A stretch of 64,000 nucleotides of DNA from Squalus acanthias (Eukaryota), in contig CM059432.1 in assembly GCA_030390025.1 (NCBI GenBank), positions 66,590,001-66,654,000 of the forward strand. Reading direction: 5' to 3'. Made by a program: the position numbers and the translations under genes. Below, piece after piece: positions 1 to 12,915 of the stretch (positions within the stretch are counted from its first letter, which is position 1; each line of letters begins with the position of its first letter). The notes under the pieces were generated by a model that searched no databases, had not been told where the DNA came from, and was given only the letters and a program-made list of their open reading frames with translations.

Positions 1-323
1 CAGCTGCTAGTAAGCCATCCACTGTGAGGCCACCAGGATTAACTGGCGTGTTCCAGAGGAGACGTGTAGCACAGGGGAAATGTGTTAAACTTAGAAAGGC
101 CTCTCAAAATGGCATTATAGAGGTAATTAAGTGCTTGTTAAGGGCCTTAAGGGCCTATCCCGCCTCTTGGAGGCGGGATTGAAACGGGGTCTGAAAGTCC
201 GATTTTTGGAAAATTGCTCAGAGGCGGGCTGGAGGCAGGATCGGATCCGCCCGCCATTTTTTGCTCATTTAACACCTCACACGCCTCCAAACTCGCCTCC
301 TCAGACCTGGCAAAATCCAGCCC
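1..323. mobile_element. Terminal part of a PIF/Harbinger-like DNA transposon running off the window start; it abuts or interrupts the next element
   Basis: Ends GGCAAAATCCAGCCC (309-323), like the terminus GGCAAAATCACGGCCC at 57092-57107; the subterminal sequence resembles 56930-56970. Confidence 0.6.
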
Positions 324-1865
324 ACAGAGTTCGCCAACGGCTTCCCCACTGCTCGGGGATCACGTCAGGTAAGGAGGTCGGGTGTTGTGTCAGCATGGGA
401 TGATTTACTAACTTGACAGCTGCAAATGGTCTATAAAAGCTCCCATTTCATAGGTGTTTACTTTACAAGGTTAGAAGCTCTTGCTTACTGCATTTGGAAG
501 ACAGATTGAGCTTTATGCAGGTTGCAAGTGTTTGGTGCAAACTCTCTATCCACTGTCACCTCATTGGAACAACCTCTCTCACCATTGACAGATTGCTTCT
601 GTCATCTCAACCTCACATGCCATCTATTCCATCAGCAACGGTGCCCTTGAAAAAATCTCACCTTGGTCCTCAGAATCCCACCATGATCAGCCCCAACACC
701 AGCATCACAGGGCACACCATCAGCACCAACATCAACACCAACCTTCTCCGCAACCAGTTGATGCTGCACAGGACACAGGGCATCAGCACCCTACACATTG
801 CTGCCCGGGAGGCCAGGGATGGCCTCAGCATAGCCAGATTTACTTCACTTGACACTGCACACACTGGCTGCCACATGATGCATCAAGTTGGCAAACACCT
901 CATACCAACACCATAAAGCATCCCTACAATGTCCAAGCCATTCCTTTCACACTCATCATCATTGCGGGGGGTACCGTTATGTCTCACCATTCACTGCAAC
1001 TCACTAAGCCACTTCCAAAGATGCACACAAATCTGTCCAAGAACGCAAAGTGTTGAAAATAAAGGTTTCAATGTTTGACAGCACATTAACAGAAACTTCA
1101 CATGAACATTGGCTAAACTGCTTAACCTTGTGTGTTGTTAGTTGGTATGCTTGCAGTAAGATAAGGGTGAGTGTGAGGGGTGGCTAGTGAAATATGTGAA
1201 GTGATAATGTAGAGAGAGAGGGATGGCTAGAGGTGTAAGGTAAGTTGGTGTGAGTAAGGATGGGCAGGAGTAGGGTAGGGAAGGCAGAGTGATGGGGATG
1301 TGATGAGTGGCACAGCAGGATGAGTTTGAGTGTGGCTTTGCAGTAATGTTTCGTGATCTACTGAGACCATTGAAAGTTTTGCGACACTGCTGCCTGGTCC
1401 TCCTAACGATATCCCTGCTTGTGCCCTCCTGTGCAATGTGCAACCAGGCTGCGTTGGTCTCCTGGGGAGGTGTCTTTCGCCCATTGGAAGGGAGAGAACC
1501 TCCTTGCTTGCTGTGACTCCCTCCATAAGCATATGGAGGGAGTCGTGCAAGAGCCTGGGTGCCATGCACCTTTGTGCTGTGATTGTCAGTGTTTGTAGCA
1601 CCTCAATGCTGTAGAACACTGACAGCATAACTGTCAAAATCAATTTGGACATGGTCCCTTTAAGGAAACCGGCTGATGACGCGTCATCAAATGACGTCAT
1701 CAGACCCGCTTCATTTTAATTGGCCGGGAACCTCGCTGGGCGGGATAAACAAGCCCAATTAACGTAAAATCACTTGGAGAGTGCAGGCTGGAGCAGGCAG
1801 AGTGCTGGGACCACACTTCTGACCCCGGCCGCCCCGGATCCGCCTCGGTCGCCGATATCGTGGCC
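324..1865 (-). mobile_element. Non-autonomous PIF/Harbinger deletion derivative (Myb/SANT exon-1 relic plus fused N- and C-terminal transposase stubs)
   Basis: Reverse-complement homologue of 38853-40873; translates APRLLHDSLHMLMEGV...AWLHIAQEGTSRDIVRRTRQQCRKTFN (Myb/SANT-like); terminus GGCCACGAT at 1865. Confidence 0.85.
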
Positions 1866-2028
1866 TATGTTTCGCTGACAAAAAAGTCAGCATCTCCCAA
1901 TCGAATTCCTCAGTATCACTCCACACTCCTACTTTCCGTTGTTGCTGCTCTAAGTGATTTAGTGTCAGTGCATGCTGTGGATTGTATGAGATCAGGAATT
2001 CTTGCTCACATAGAATCAGAGCACAGAA

Positions 2029-3218
2029 GTAGGCCATGCAGCCCATTGTGCCTGTGCCGGCACGTTGAAAGAGATATCCAATTACTCCCACTCCCCTGCT
2101 CTTTCCCCATAGACCTGCAAAACTTTCCTTATTACGTATATATCCAATTCCCTTTTGAAATATACGACTGAATCTGCTTCCACTCACCACCCTTTCAGGC
2201 AGTGCATTCCAGATTATAACAAACATTTTTTCTCACTCTTTTGCCAATTATCTTAAATCTGTGCTATGTGGTTACCAACCCACCCACCAGTAGAAACAGT
2301 TTTTCCTTATCATCTTATCTCCTTTTTTCATTGTCTTCGGTCCCTGCCACAAACTCCATTCCCTAACCATCGACTCCATCCCTCTCCCTAGCATCTGTCT
2401 AAGGCTGAACCAGACTGTTCGCAACCTTGATGTCATATTTGACCCTGAAATAAGCTTCCAACCACATATCCACGGTATAACTTAGACCGCCTATTTCCAC
2501 CTATTAACATCGCCCGACTCCGCTCCTGCCTCAGCTCATCTGCTGCTGAAACCCTCATCCATGCCTTTGTAACCTCTAGACTTGACTATTCCAACGCACT
2601 CCTGGCTGGCCTCCCATGTTTTACCCTCCGTAAACTTGAGGTCATCCAAAACTCGGCTGCCCATGTCCTAACTCGTGCCAAGTCTCGTTGACCCATCACC
2701 CCTGTGCTCGCTGACCTACATTGGCTCCAGGTTAAGCAACGCCTCGATTTAAAAATTCTCATCCTTGTTTTAAAATCCCTCCATGGCCTCACCCCTCTCT
2801 ATCTCTGTAATCTCCTCCAGCCCCAAATCCCCAAGATATCTGCACTCCTCTAATTCTGGCCTCTTGAGCATCCCTGATTATAATCGGTCAACCTTTGGTC
2901 GCTGTGCCTTCTGTTGCCTAAGCCCTAAGCTCTGGAATTCCCTCCCTGAACCTCTCCGCCTCTCTACCTCTCTTTCCTCCTTTAAGAAGCTCCTTAAAAC
3001 CTACCTCTTTGATCAAGTTTTTGGTCATCTGCCCTAATTTCTCCTTATGTGGCTCAGTGTCAAATTTTGTTTCATAACACTCCTGTGAAGCACCTTGGGA
3101 CATTCTACTACGTTAAAGCGCTATATAAGTACAAGTTATTGTTGTTATTTACTCTATCAAAACCCCTCAATTTTGAACACCTCTATTAAATCTCCTCAGA
3201 ACCTTTGCTTCTCCAAGG
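2029..3218 (-). mobile_element. Old CR1 LINE 3' fragment (about 2029-2310 and 3148-3218), split by an L2 insertion
   Basis: Minus-strand VIIWNALPERVV motif and a CR1-type 3' UTR; the sequence resumes after the L2 tail. Confidence 0.65.
2330..3147 (+). mobile_element. L2 LINE 3' fragment
   Basis: AETLIHAFVTSRLDYSNALLAG...HITPVLADLHWL...LWNSLP; tail GCTATATAAGTACAAGTTATTGTTGTT. Confidence 0.9.
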
Positions 3219-4229
3219 TGAACAGGGAGGATGGGCAAATGGACCAAGGCACCGTGGTACAGGCCATTCAAGTGGGAGGAGCGAAAAGGAATGTGGTAGT
3301 AGTAGGGGATCATGTAGTCAGGGGGATAGATACTGTTCTCTGCAACCACAACTGGGAGTCCGAAGAAAAAGTATGGAAAAATTAATGGGACTAAAACCAA
3401 CAAAGCCCCTGGACTTGATGGGCTACACCCTAGGGATTCAAAAGAGGTGACTGCAGAGATAGTAGATGCATTGGTTTTGATCTTCCAGAAATTCCTAGAT
3501 TCTAGAACGGTCCCCATGGATTGGAAGGTAGCAAATGGAACCCCACTGTTCAAGAAAGGAGGGAGAGAGAAAACAGGGAACTATGGGCCAGTTAGCCTAA
3601 CATCAGTAGTAGGGAAAATGCTAGAATCTATTGTTAACAGGGCACTTGGAAAATCACAATATGATTAGTCAGAGTCAACATGGTTTTATGAAAAGGAAAT
3701 CCTGCTTGACAAATCTATTACAGTTTTTTGGGGTGTAACTAGCAGGGTAGATAAAGGAGAACCAGTAGATGTAGTATATTTGGATTTTCAGAAGGTATTT
3801 GATAAGGTGCCACACAAGAGGTTATTGCACAAATTAGGGCTCATGGGATTGGGAATAATATATTAGTATGGATTGAGGATTGGTTAACAGACAGAAAACA
3901 GAGAGTAGGAATAAACGGGTCATTTTCAGGATGGCAGGCTGTAACTAGTGGAGTGCCGCAAGGATCAATGCTTGGGCCTCAGCTATTTACAATCTATATT
4001 CATGACTTAGATGAAGGGACTGAGTGTAATGTATCCAAGTTTGCTGACCATACAAAGCTAGGTGGAAAAGTAAGCTGTGACGAGGATGCAAAGAGGCTGC
4101 AAAGGGGTATAGACACGTTAAGTGATTGGGCAAGAAGGTGGCAGCAGACTAAAATGTGGGGAAGTGTGAAATTATCCACTTTGTTATGAAGAATGCAAAA
4201 GCAGAATCGTTTTTAAAAGGTGGTAGACA

Positions 4230-4521
4230 TTACCATCTTCTTTTGCCTTGCACCATCATCCCTTTTGTCTCTTAATCTCTCCTGCCTTCCATCCTATCAC
4301 AGACCTTTCCTTTTGTTTTTTCCTCCCCTCCCCCCTTTCCCTGCCCCTACACTTGCTTAAAAACCTGTTCCATCTCCAGCTTTTTCCAGTTCTGACGAAG
4401 GGTCATCGACCTGAAACGTTAACTCTGTCTCTATCTCCACAGATGCTGTCTGACCTGCTGAGTATTTCCAGCATTTTCTGTTTTTATTTCAGATTTCCAG
4501 CATCCGCAGTATTTTGCTTTT
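4230..4521 (+). mobile_element. Penelope-like element pseudo-LTR fragment (a second PLE family) inserted in CR1
   Basis: Interrupts CR1 ORF2 just after FLKG; contains the hammerhead core CTGACGA...GAAACGTT; no clear long TSD. Confidence 0.75.
4388..4424 (+). ncRNA. Minimal type I hammerhead ribozyme motif (Penelope type)
   Basis: AGTT-CTGACGA-A-GGGTC-ATC-GACCT-GAAA-CG-TT-AACT: stem I AGUU/AACU, 5-bp stem II, loopless palindromic stem III, GUU triplet. Confidence 0.75.
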
Positions 4522-7199
4522 GGACTAGTTAATGTTGATATTCAGAAGGATTAGAGTGTCCTTGTACATGAATCACTGAAAGTTAACATGCAGGTACAGC
4601 AAGCAGTTAGGAAGGCAAATGGTATATTGGCCTTTATTGCAAGGGGGTTGGAGTATTAGAGTAAGGAAATTTTGCTGCAATTATATAGGGCTTTGGTGAG
4701 ACCACATCTGGAGTACTGTGCACAGTTCTGGTCTCCTTATCTAAGGAAGGATATACTTGCCTTGGGCGGGGGGGCGGGGGGGGCGGTGCAACGAAGGATC
4801 ACTAGATTGATTCCTGGGATGAGAGGGCTGTCCTATGAGGAGAGATTGTGTAGAATGGGCCGATATTCTCTGGAGTTTAGAAGAATGAGAGGTGATCTCA
4901 TTAAAACGTACAAAAGTCTTAGAGGGCTTGACAGGGTAGATGCTGAGAGGTTGTTTCCCCTGGCTGGAGAGTCTAGAACTAGGGGTCATAGTCTCAGGAT
5001 AAGGGATCATCCATTTAGGACTGAGATGAGGAGAAATTTCTTCACTCAGAGGGTGGTGAATCTTTGGAATTCTCTACCCCAGAGGGCTGTGGATGCTGAG
5101 TCGATGAGTATATTCAAGACTGAGATCGCTAGATTTTTGGGCACTAAGGAAATCAAGGGAATCAAGGGGATAGGGTGAGAAAGTGGAGTTGATGTAGAAG
5201 TTCAGCCATGATCATATTGAATGGCGGAGCAGGCTTGATGGGCTGTATGGCCTACTCTTGTTCCTATTCCTTATGTTCTTATATTTTTATTAACAATTCC
5301 ATTGGTGGCAATAATATTCAATTGCTTAGAACAGCAGCAACAGGACATAAGAGCTGGAAGTGACAATGAGAAGGAGGGAGCTTTGTTGGTGGAGAAGGGG
5401 AAGAGGGAGAGGAAGATGGGAGATGAGGAGTGTGCCAGCATATAAGGAGGGGAGGAGTGCCAGCATGAACTGAAGAGGCGGTGGGGGGGGGGGGGGGAGC
5501 CAGCATGAACTAGGGATGGGTTGTGGTGGGAAAAGGAAGAGTGAAGAATTCCAGACTAAACTGGGGAGAGAGGAGAAAAAGAGTGCCAACATAAATGGAG
5601 ATTATAAGGGGGCAAGAGTACCAGCTTCAAACGCAACATTTGGAAGACAGTTGCTGCCTAGAATCTTAACTTGCATGATCCTATGCTCAATAAAACTGAT
5701 TGTGAATTTACTACTAGGTACTTTTTTTAAATTAAGACTTTTTTTCTCTCAGTAATAAGTTATCTACTGGCACTGGAAGAATGTATTTGTTAAAATATAA
5801 ATAAAATAATTAAATACCAAATAGAGAGCAGTTTTAAATCAAATTGAGTAAAAGTCCCATGCTTTTTTTAGGTAATGTAAAAATGCAACACCCATATTCT
5901 TGTAGAATCAAAATACTGGAAAATGCACCAAATAAAATGTAAACTTGACTTTTTTTCCCAGAGTAGAACATAACCTCAGATTCTCCTACAAAACACATCT
6001 TGTGCTTTCATTATGCATTCCCTTCAGGCTTCCACATACTTAATGTTTATTTGCTCCAATAGGAATGTTGGGCTGCAAGCCCACGTCCCAGAGTACTTTT
6101 AGCATAAAATACTTTTCACATGTCACAGATCTATATTGAGGGCATTTTTTTTTAAATGTCAGCTTTTCTGGCATCGTGCAGGAACCCTTACAGCTGAGCA
6201 GTCATTCTTAATATGGAGAAGTAAACATAAAATAGGGATGACGTTATGAGAATTTAGAAAGGAATGAAATAAACAAATCACTTGCAGAAATCAATTTAAG
6301 TACAGCCAACAAGATAGTCACTAATTCATTTCTGTGTTGATGCACTTTATTGCTTTCACGATTATCTTACCTATATTAACAATTATAATATCCCATATCA
6401 GCATCACCAGATTCAATGGTACTACCATTGTGGATTGACAGGGCTGCGATGGTACATTGAAAGAAAGCCATTGGGGGTCAGGCGAGGACCGTCATAAGGA
6501 GTTGGCTGATATTTTTATTCTTTTTCTTTATCAATATTTGCTCACCTAGGGATTCACAGCTTTCTTTTATATTACTTATCGAAGAAGCTACCATTTCACG
6601 CTAACAAGGTCACCACAGACACTAACAAGCCATTAGTAAGGTTTTAAGCAGAACTCCCCTGCTTTTTTCTGCAAATCGCAATTCACCCCTTTAACAACTG
6701 GGAGGAATCCATGAAATAATGCAAATAACTAAATTTTGCATCAATTTACAATTGCAAACTGATTTGGTCACCAGCTCACACAACATTTCTGTATACTTTG
6801 GCAAGAGGAAAATACAAGTCATAAAGCAATCTCGTCATTTGTTTTGTGGAGCAGAAACATTCACTGCAGTTCACAAATTGCTAGTGCAATTTGAGACAAC
6901 TAAAAAGCAACTAGTCAAGTCAAATACTGCTAAAATAATAGACTTGTTTAAATAGGCCTTGACCTAGTTTTAATTAAAATATCACCCATGTAATCGAAGT
7001 GATAGTAGGTATTAAAACAATTTAGATGTGAATAAATCTAAATGCCATGGGGATGGAACTCCAACAATAATTAATAATAGGAGAAGCTGATGATGGGAGC
7101 TGCACTCTATTGGACTGAAGAGGAAGAGGAAGAGGATCAGCAAAGGGATGATGAAAGAGCAGTAAGAGGGACACAGAGAAGACAGCAACAGAGGGGGCA

Positions 7200-7720
7200 T
7201 GTGCACAGATGGCCCTACCAACCACACTAGGTTTACAGTCAGAGGCAAAGCTTCCTTGAGCTGTTTGAGGAGGAATGAATCAGGAGGCTCAAATTATCAA
7301 GGCAGGTAGTCGAGGACCTCTGCAGCCTCCTGGAGAAAGATTTCCTTCCTGCTGGATCAGGTGGCCATGCCATGCTAGTGAAAATGACTACCGCCCTCAA
7401 ATTGGGGACAATCCATTCTACCATGGATGATGACACCTCTTCAGAACCCCACCACTCCACAGCAGAACAGGTACAACAGCAGCAATATCACCACAAGTGA
7501 GCCACAGAGCAGACCATTGGGATGCTCAAGTTGAGCTGCAGGCGTCTTCGTAGGTCAGGAGGCTCCCTGAAATACTCACCAGCCAGTGTCTCCAGAATAA
7601 TTGTGGCATGCTGCGTTCTGCATAATACCACTCTCAACAAACAGGATCGGAGGTGAAGGAGGAAGAAGGCCTGCTGGAGTCATCCTCTAATGAGGAAGAG
7701 GTTGTTGAGGAAGAAGATAG
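7200..7720 (+). pseudogene. Harbinger DDE transposase relic (HARBI1-like family), central part deleted
   Basis: RVYSQRQSFLELFEEE*IRRLKLSRQVVEDLCSLLE...KMTTAL and EQTIGMLKLSCRRLRRSGGSLKYSPASVSRIIVACCVLHN, followed by an acidic tail. Confidence 0.8.
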
Positions 7721-7728
7721 AGGACATC

Positions 7729-8796
7729 AACATAAGAACATAAGAACATAAGAAATAGGAGCAGGAATAGGCCACTTGGCCCCTCGAGTCTGTTCCGCCA
7801 TTCAATAAGATCATGGCTGATCTTGGGCTCAAAGCCACTTCTCTGCCCGCTCCCCATAACCCTTCACTCCCTTATCTTGCAAAAATCTGTCTATCTCCAC
7901 CTTAAATGTATTTAATGACCTAGCCTCCACGGCTCTCTGGGGCAGAGAATTCCACAGATTTACGACCCTCTGAGAGAAGAAATTCCTCCTCATCTCAGTT
8001 CTAAAAGGGCGACCCTTTATTCTGAAACTATGCCCCCTAGTTCTAGATTTCCCCACGAGGGGAAAAATCCTCTCTGCATATACCTTGTCGTGCCCCCTCA
8101 GTATTTTATATGTTTCAATAAGATCACCTCTCATTCTTCTAAATTCCATTGAGTACAGGCCCAACCTGCTCAACCTTTCTTCATAAGTCAACCCCCTCAT
8201 CTCTGGAATTAACCTAGTGAATCGTCTCTGAACTGCCTCCAATGCAAGTATATCCTTCCTTAAATAAGGAGACCAAAACTGTACCCAGTACTCCAGATGT
8301 GGTCTCAGCAATACCCTGTACAGTTGTAGCAGGACTTCCCTGCTTTTATACTCCAACCCCCTTGCAATAAAGGCCAACATTCCATTTGCCTTTTTGATTA
8401 CTTGCTGTACCTGCATGCTAACTTTTTGTGTTTCATGCACAAGGACCCCCAGGTCCCTCTGAACTGTAGCATTTTGTAATCTCTCTCCATTTAAATAATA
8501 ATTTGCTTTTTTACTTTTCCTTCCAAGGTGGATAACCTCGCACTTTCCCACATTATACTCCATCTGCCAAATGTTTGCCCACTCACTTAGCCTGTCTATA
8601 TCCCTTTGCAGATTCTTTGAGACCTCTGCACAACTTGCTTTCCCACCCATCTTTGTATCATCCGCAAACTTGGCTACATTACACTCAGTCCCTTCATCCA
8701 AGTCATTAATGTAGATTGTAAATAGTTGAGGCCCCAGCACCGATCCCTGTGGCACCCCACTAGTTACCGTTTCCCAACCGGAAAATGTCCCATTTA
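7729..8796 (-). mobile_element. 5'-truncated CR1 LINE with an open RT C-terminal reading frame
   Basis: [26 protein letters not shown]; (CATAAGAA)n tail at 7729-7755. Confidence 0.95.
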
Positions 8797-9261
8797 GCAT
8801 GGCGTGCCGATCATCATGTGGCCCGAGATGCAAGTGATGCACTCAGTGCAGTGATCTCTTACTCCTACCACTCATGACCAAACAGTGCTAACAGTCCTGC
8901 AATCTGTACTCCATTGCTTTACAATCCTCTAACTTTTCACCTTGAAAACATTGAAGTGACTTCCACACCCATGACATTATGATAAGGCAGACACAGAAAT
9001 TGCCTTGAAATCAGAGGGCACATGAAAGTGACAGAAGTGAGAAACATTTTAATGTGCACCAGAAGGCAAATATTTACCAATCAAGTAGTGAAACACCCGT
9101 GTGAACTCTAATTGCTCTTGTTAGCCGATGGCCACTTCTATGAGGTGCTACCCCAGTGGCTTGATGAGAGCTGGTGGTAGGCTGCTGTGCATTTTCCTTA
9201 GACTCCCGAGTTGCTTGCAGCCACCGATCTCTTGGATGCTGGAGTCTGTGAGGGCCGTGCT

Positions 9262-9700
9262 TTGGCCTTCCATTCACCATGACATTTCTGCAGCTACCGA
9301 TCTGCTCAACCACACCCTCACCACCACCTTTGGTGCCCTAGTCCGTACTAAAACAATCACTCCCTCTCACTCTGGCCGTTCTCCCTGGTACGGCTCTCAT
9401 CTTCGCTCCCTTAAGTCCAAGGGACACAGACGTGAACAGATATGGTGGACAACTGGTTTAGCCATTCAACGCCAGATCTGGCTGTTCCACATAAAGCATT
9501 ATCAGATCCTGCTCTCGTCTGCCAAAATTGCTCACTATTCCAGAATCATTCTGGAATGTAAGATAAACCCCGGCTCCTATTCTCTACTGCCAACCGTCTT
9601 CTTAAACCCCTCACCCCTGTCTCCTCCACCCTCACCTCCGATAATATGTGTGAGGAGCTCATGACTTCTTTGTCTCTAAGATTGAGACCATCCATCCAGT
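9262..9700 (+). mobile_element. L2 ORF2 internal fragment
   Basis: ATDLLNHTLTTTFGALVRTK...SPWY...AKIAHYSRII, an L2 endonuclease-RT linker region. Confidence 0.7.
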
Positions 9701-9979
9701 CTGCTCTGGCAGAGCAGACTGGAAGAGATAAGTGACAGCTTGGGAGCCCCAATCTACTCTGTCCACTAGCTTCTGTAAGGTGGAACAAATGTTGGCGCTC
9801 AGAATCTGTATCGCAGCTTTTTGAGCCTGTATCAAGCCGCAAAGGCTGGTTCTACTGACTCTTACTGTGAGGACCCAGCTGCAGTGTCCCTGGAAGTCCC
9901 CACACATTCCAGGGTAGATTTCAGAATTGAGAACCCCTGCAAAAGTAACCCACATAGGAAGTGGACTCCTCTATTATCT

Positions 9980-10893
9980 TACAAAGCTGGGTGGGAATGT
10001 AAGTTGTGAGGAGGATGCAAGGAGGCTTCAAGGGGATATAGACAGGCTAAGTGGGTGGGCAAGAACATGGCAAATGGAATATAATGTGGAGAAATGTGAA
10101 GTTATCCACTTTGGTAGGAAAAATAGAAAAGCAGAGTATTTTTTAAATGGTGAGAGATTGGTGTTCAGAGGGACCTGGGTGTCCTTGTACACGAATCACT
10201 GCAAGTTAACATGCAGGTACAGCAAGCAATTAGGAAAGCAAATGGTATGTTGACCTTTATTACAAGAGGATTTGAGTATAAGAGTAAAGACATCTTACTG
10301 CAATTATATAGGGCCCTGGTGAGACCACGCCTGGTGTATTGTGTACAGTTTTGGTCTCCTTACCTAAGGAAGGATATACTTGTCACAGAGGGAGTGCAAC
10401 GAAGATTCACCAGACTGATTCCTGGAATTGGGGGATTGTCCTAGGAGGAGAGATTGAGTAGACTAGGCCTATATTCGCTGGAGTTTAGAAGAATGATAGG
10501 TGATCTCATTGAAGCATACAAAATTCTTACAGGGCTTGACAGGGTAGATGCAGGGAGGATGTTTCCCCTGATGGGGAGTCTAGAACCAGGCATCACAGTC
10601 TCAGAATAAGGGTTTGGCCATTTAGGACTGAGATGAAGAGAAATGTCTTCACTCAGAGGGGGGTGAATCTTTGAAATTCTCTACCCCAGAGGAATGTGGA
10701 GGCTCAGTCATTGAGTATATTCAAGACAGAGAGCGATAGATTTTTGAATATTAAGGGAATCAAGGGATATGGGGATAGTGCAGGAAAGTGGAGATGATGT
10801 AGAAGATCAGCCATAATCTTATTGAATGGTGGAGCAGGCTCAAAGTGGCAAATGGCCTACTCCTGCTCCTATTTCTTATGTTCTTATGTTCTC
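9980..10893 (+). mobile_element. 5'-truncated CR1 LINE
   Basis: TKLGGNV...WQMEYNVEKCEV, LVRPRLVYC; TTCTTATGTTCTTATG tail. Confidence 0.93.
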
Positions 10894-12707
10894 TTGGCCA
10901 TAGTAGATAGAGTGACTGGTAGGACTGCCAACGCCTTACACATTTGTTCCTGTGTCTCAAGTATTCTCCTTTTCAAGGCTGGCCCCTGGAGTTATGCATC
11001 TCAGTCCCGCTGAGCAGAGCTTGGAGGACAGCGCCCTCCAGTGTAAAATATCCTCGGATGCATGGTGTGATGGTGCGTCCTCAGGAAGGACGAGTTCCTC
11101 TGTGGAGTCTTCTTCCTCTGTGGGGTGGGCCTCATGTCGTTCATGTGAGGTCGTTAGAGGAAAGAAGAGAGGGTGAAGTAGTAGTAACATTGATGTATTG
11201 AAGTAGGTGGAAGGTGCAGTTTGTTGTGTGAGATGAGTGTGTGTAAGTTGAAGTCAGTCACCCGGATCTGCAGATCCGCCAGCATTGCAATCATCAATGC
11301 TGAGAGTGTTACTAATCCCACTTATCTCAAGGATGTCCTCCTACACGAGTTCCTCTATAAATCCTGCAATTGGTAGGCCAAATGCCTTACTGTTTCCAGT
11401 ATCTTTGCTTATAACCACCATACTCATAGTCCGAGTAATCTGAGCTTGTAACATTCCAGAAGCAGCAAACAAATGGTGCCATGGGAATGAGATGCATTTG
11501 AAAGATTAATCCTTATCTGCCAGATAATCAAGCAAATCAATGGTAATACTGAAAGATTGCATAAAGCAGAGGACCCAAAATTTCTTGCATTGCACTTCCA
11601 GCAGTTATAACAGGATTAGGTACAATAGTGCCTTATAGTACTGACCCACCAGCATTTGCAGGATCATTTGGAGGACACCTCATTAGCATGAGGCAGATGG
11701 GTAAAAGTGCCACTTCAGGTGCATCTCTGGTAGTAACCTGCCCTGTATTCACAGAAACTGGCCTCTGCCCACCCTTGGTGCAGCGGGTGGAGTAAGGCTT
11801 GCCTAATTTCTGGCTCCACCTGCTGGCTACCATTTGCCTTGTCAGGAACAATGTTGTGGGAATTCCTAGAAATACCGGGGGCACAGAATTTTCCTGGGTA
11901 CTCCGCCAGTCTCCTGCAAGCATTTTAAGGCTAAGATGTATTGTAGCCTGTGTTTCATCAGGGACTAAGAGCCATGCAGAATAGCGTTGAGCCCAATATT
12001 GGCAGGGGTAATTGGGAGTAAGACCAAGTCATGGAATTTACAGCAAGAAAAGCATCAAGCATGATTATTAGCACTCTGAAAGATTAGTCCAAAAGGAAAG
12101 GATGAGTATTTAAGCAGGAAGATAAATTTCAACAAATAGTAATATAGTAAGGAAATGTCAATTGTAGCCTGGGTAACACTTGGGCCAGCGTCCTCCTCTA
12201 CATTAAGATAGAGAGAAAAATGCAAGCCTTTCACATCCCAGCACTGTTCACATCCAGCCCTGCAGCAGACCCGAGGGAAAACTGAGAATACCAGCTTTAC
12301 AGCAAGCTAGAGCCTCATACACAATAATTCAAGAAAACAAGCACACATACAAAAAGTTAGACTGAGATGGAGGAGTACATTTGTTTCCAATTAAACCATC
12401 TTCCATAATTGTTCCTTTGAAGCTGAGCAATGTGGCATCACAACATAGTTCCTGAAACCTAGTAAGCAATAGCTTGTTATGTACAGGAGGTGAATTAAAT
12501 GTTCTTTTTCCAGAGTCCTATATGGCCCCTGTAGGAAGACCCAAGAAGCAACTCAGTGGGTTGGGTACAATGGAGATGCCCATAATGAACTTGACCTAAT
12601 GTCTTACTACATCCCAATATGACTAGACTAAGGGCCAAGTTCAGAAGAGTCGGAGCTGACTCCTCCAAACCTTCTTCAGCATGGATGGATCACTAATCTC
12701 AACTTGC

Positions 12708-12915
12708 GGAGATGCCGGTGTTGGACTGGGGTGGACAAAAATGAGAAGTCGCACAACACCAGGTTATAGTCCAACAGTTTTATTTAAAATTACGAGCTTT
12801 CGGAGCTCTGCTCCTTCGTCGTACCTCTACCTGATGAAGGGGCAGCAGCTCCGAAAGCTCGTAATTTTAAATAAAACTGTTGGACTATAACCTGGTGTTG
12901 TGCGACTTCTCATTT
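12708..12915 (-). mobile_element. Penelope-derived fold-back (hairpin) mini-element with a 14-bp TSD
   Basis: Inverted arms of about 83 bp (12738-12820, 12833-12916), 12-nt spacer, unpaired tail 12708-12736; TSD TAATCTCAACTTGC at 12694-12707 and 12916-12929. Confidence 0.9.
12828..12863 (+). ncRNA. Minimal type I hammerhead ribozyme motif
   Basis: TAC-CTGATGA-A-GGGGC-AGCA-GCTCC-GAAA-GC-TC-GTA with a CUC triplet; the mirror copy on the minus strand has lost two core bases. Confidence 0.7.

Larger units (their letters stand above)
3219..5283 (+). mobile_element. CR1 LINE, internally deleted (ORF1 esterase stub joined to the RT half of ORF2), with a Penelope insertion
   Basis: [72 protein letters not shown] tail; frameshifts and stops. 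Confidence 0.92.
7060..11260. mobile_element. Old degenerate autonomous-type PIF/Harbinger element (transposase on +, Myb gene last exon on -) holding three nested LINEs; ends approximate
   Basis: Transposase relic 7200-7720; 10980-11040 is the reverse complement of a Myb last-exon segment like 53430-53490. Confidence 0.65.

Noticed and set aside
5318..5600. Proline/serine-rich ORFs
   Set aside because: They arise from purine-rich low-complexity DNA.
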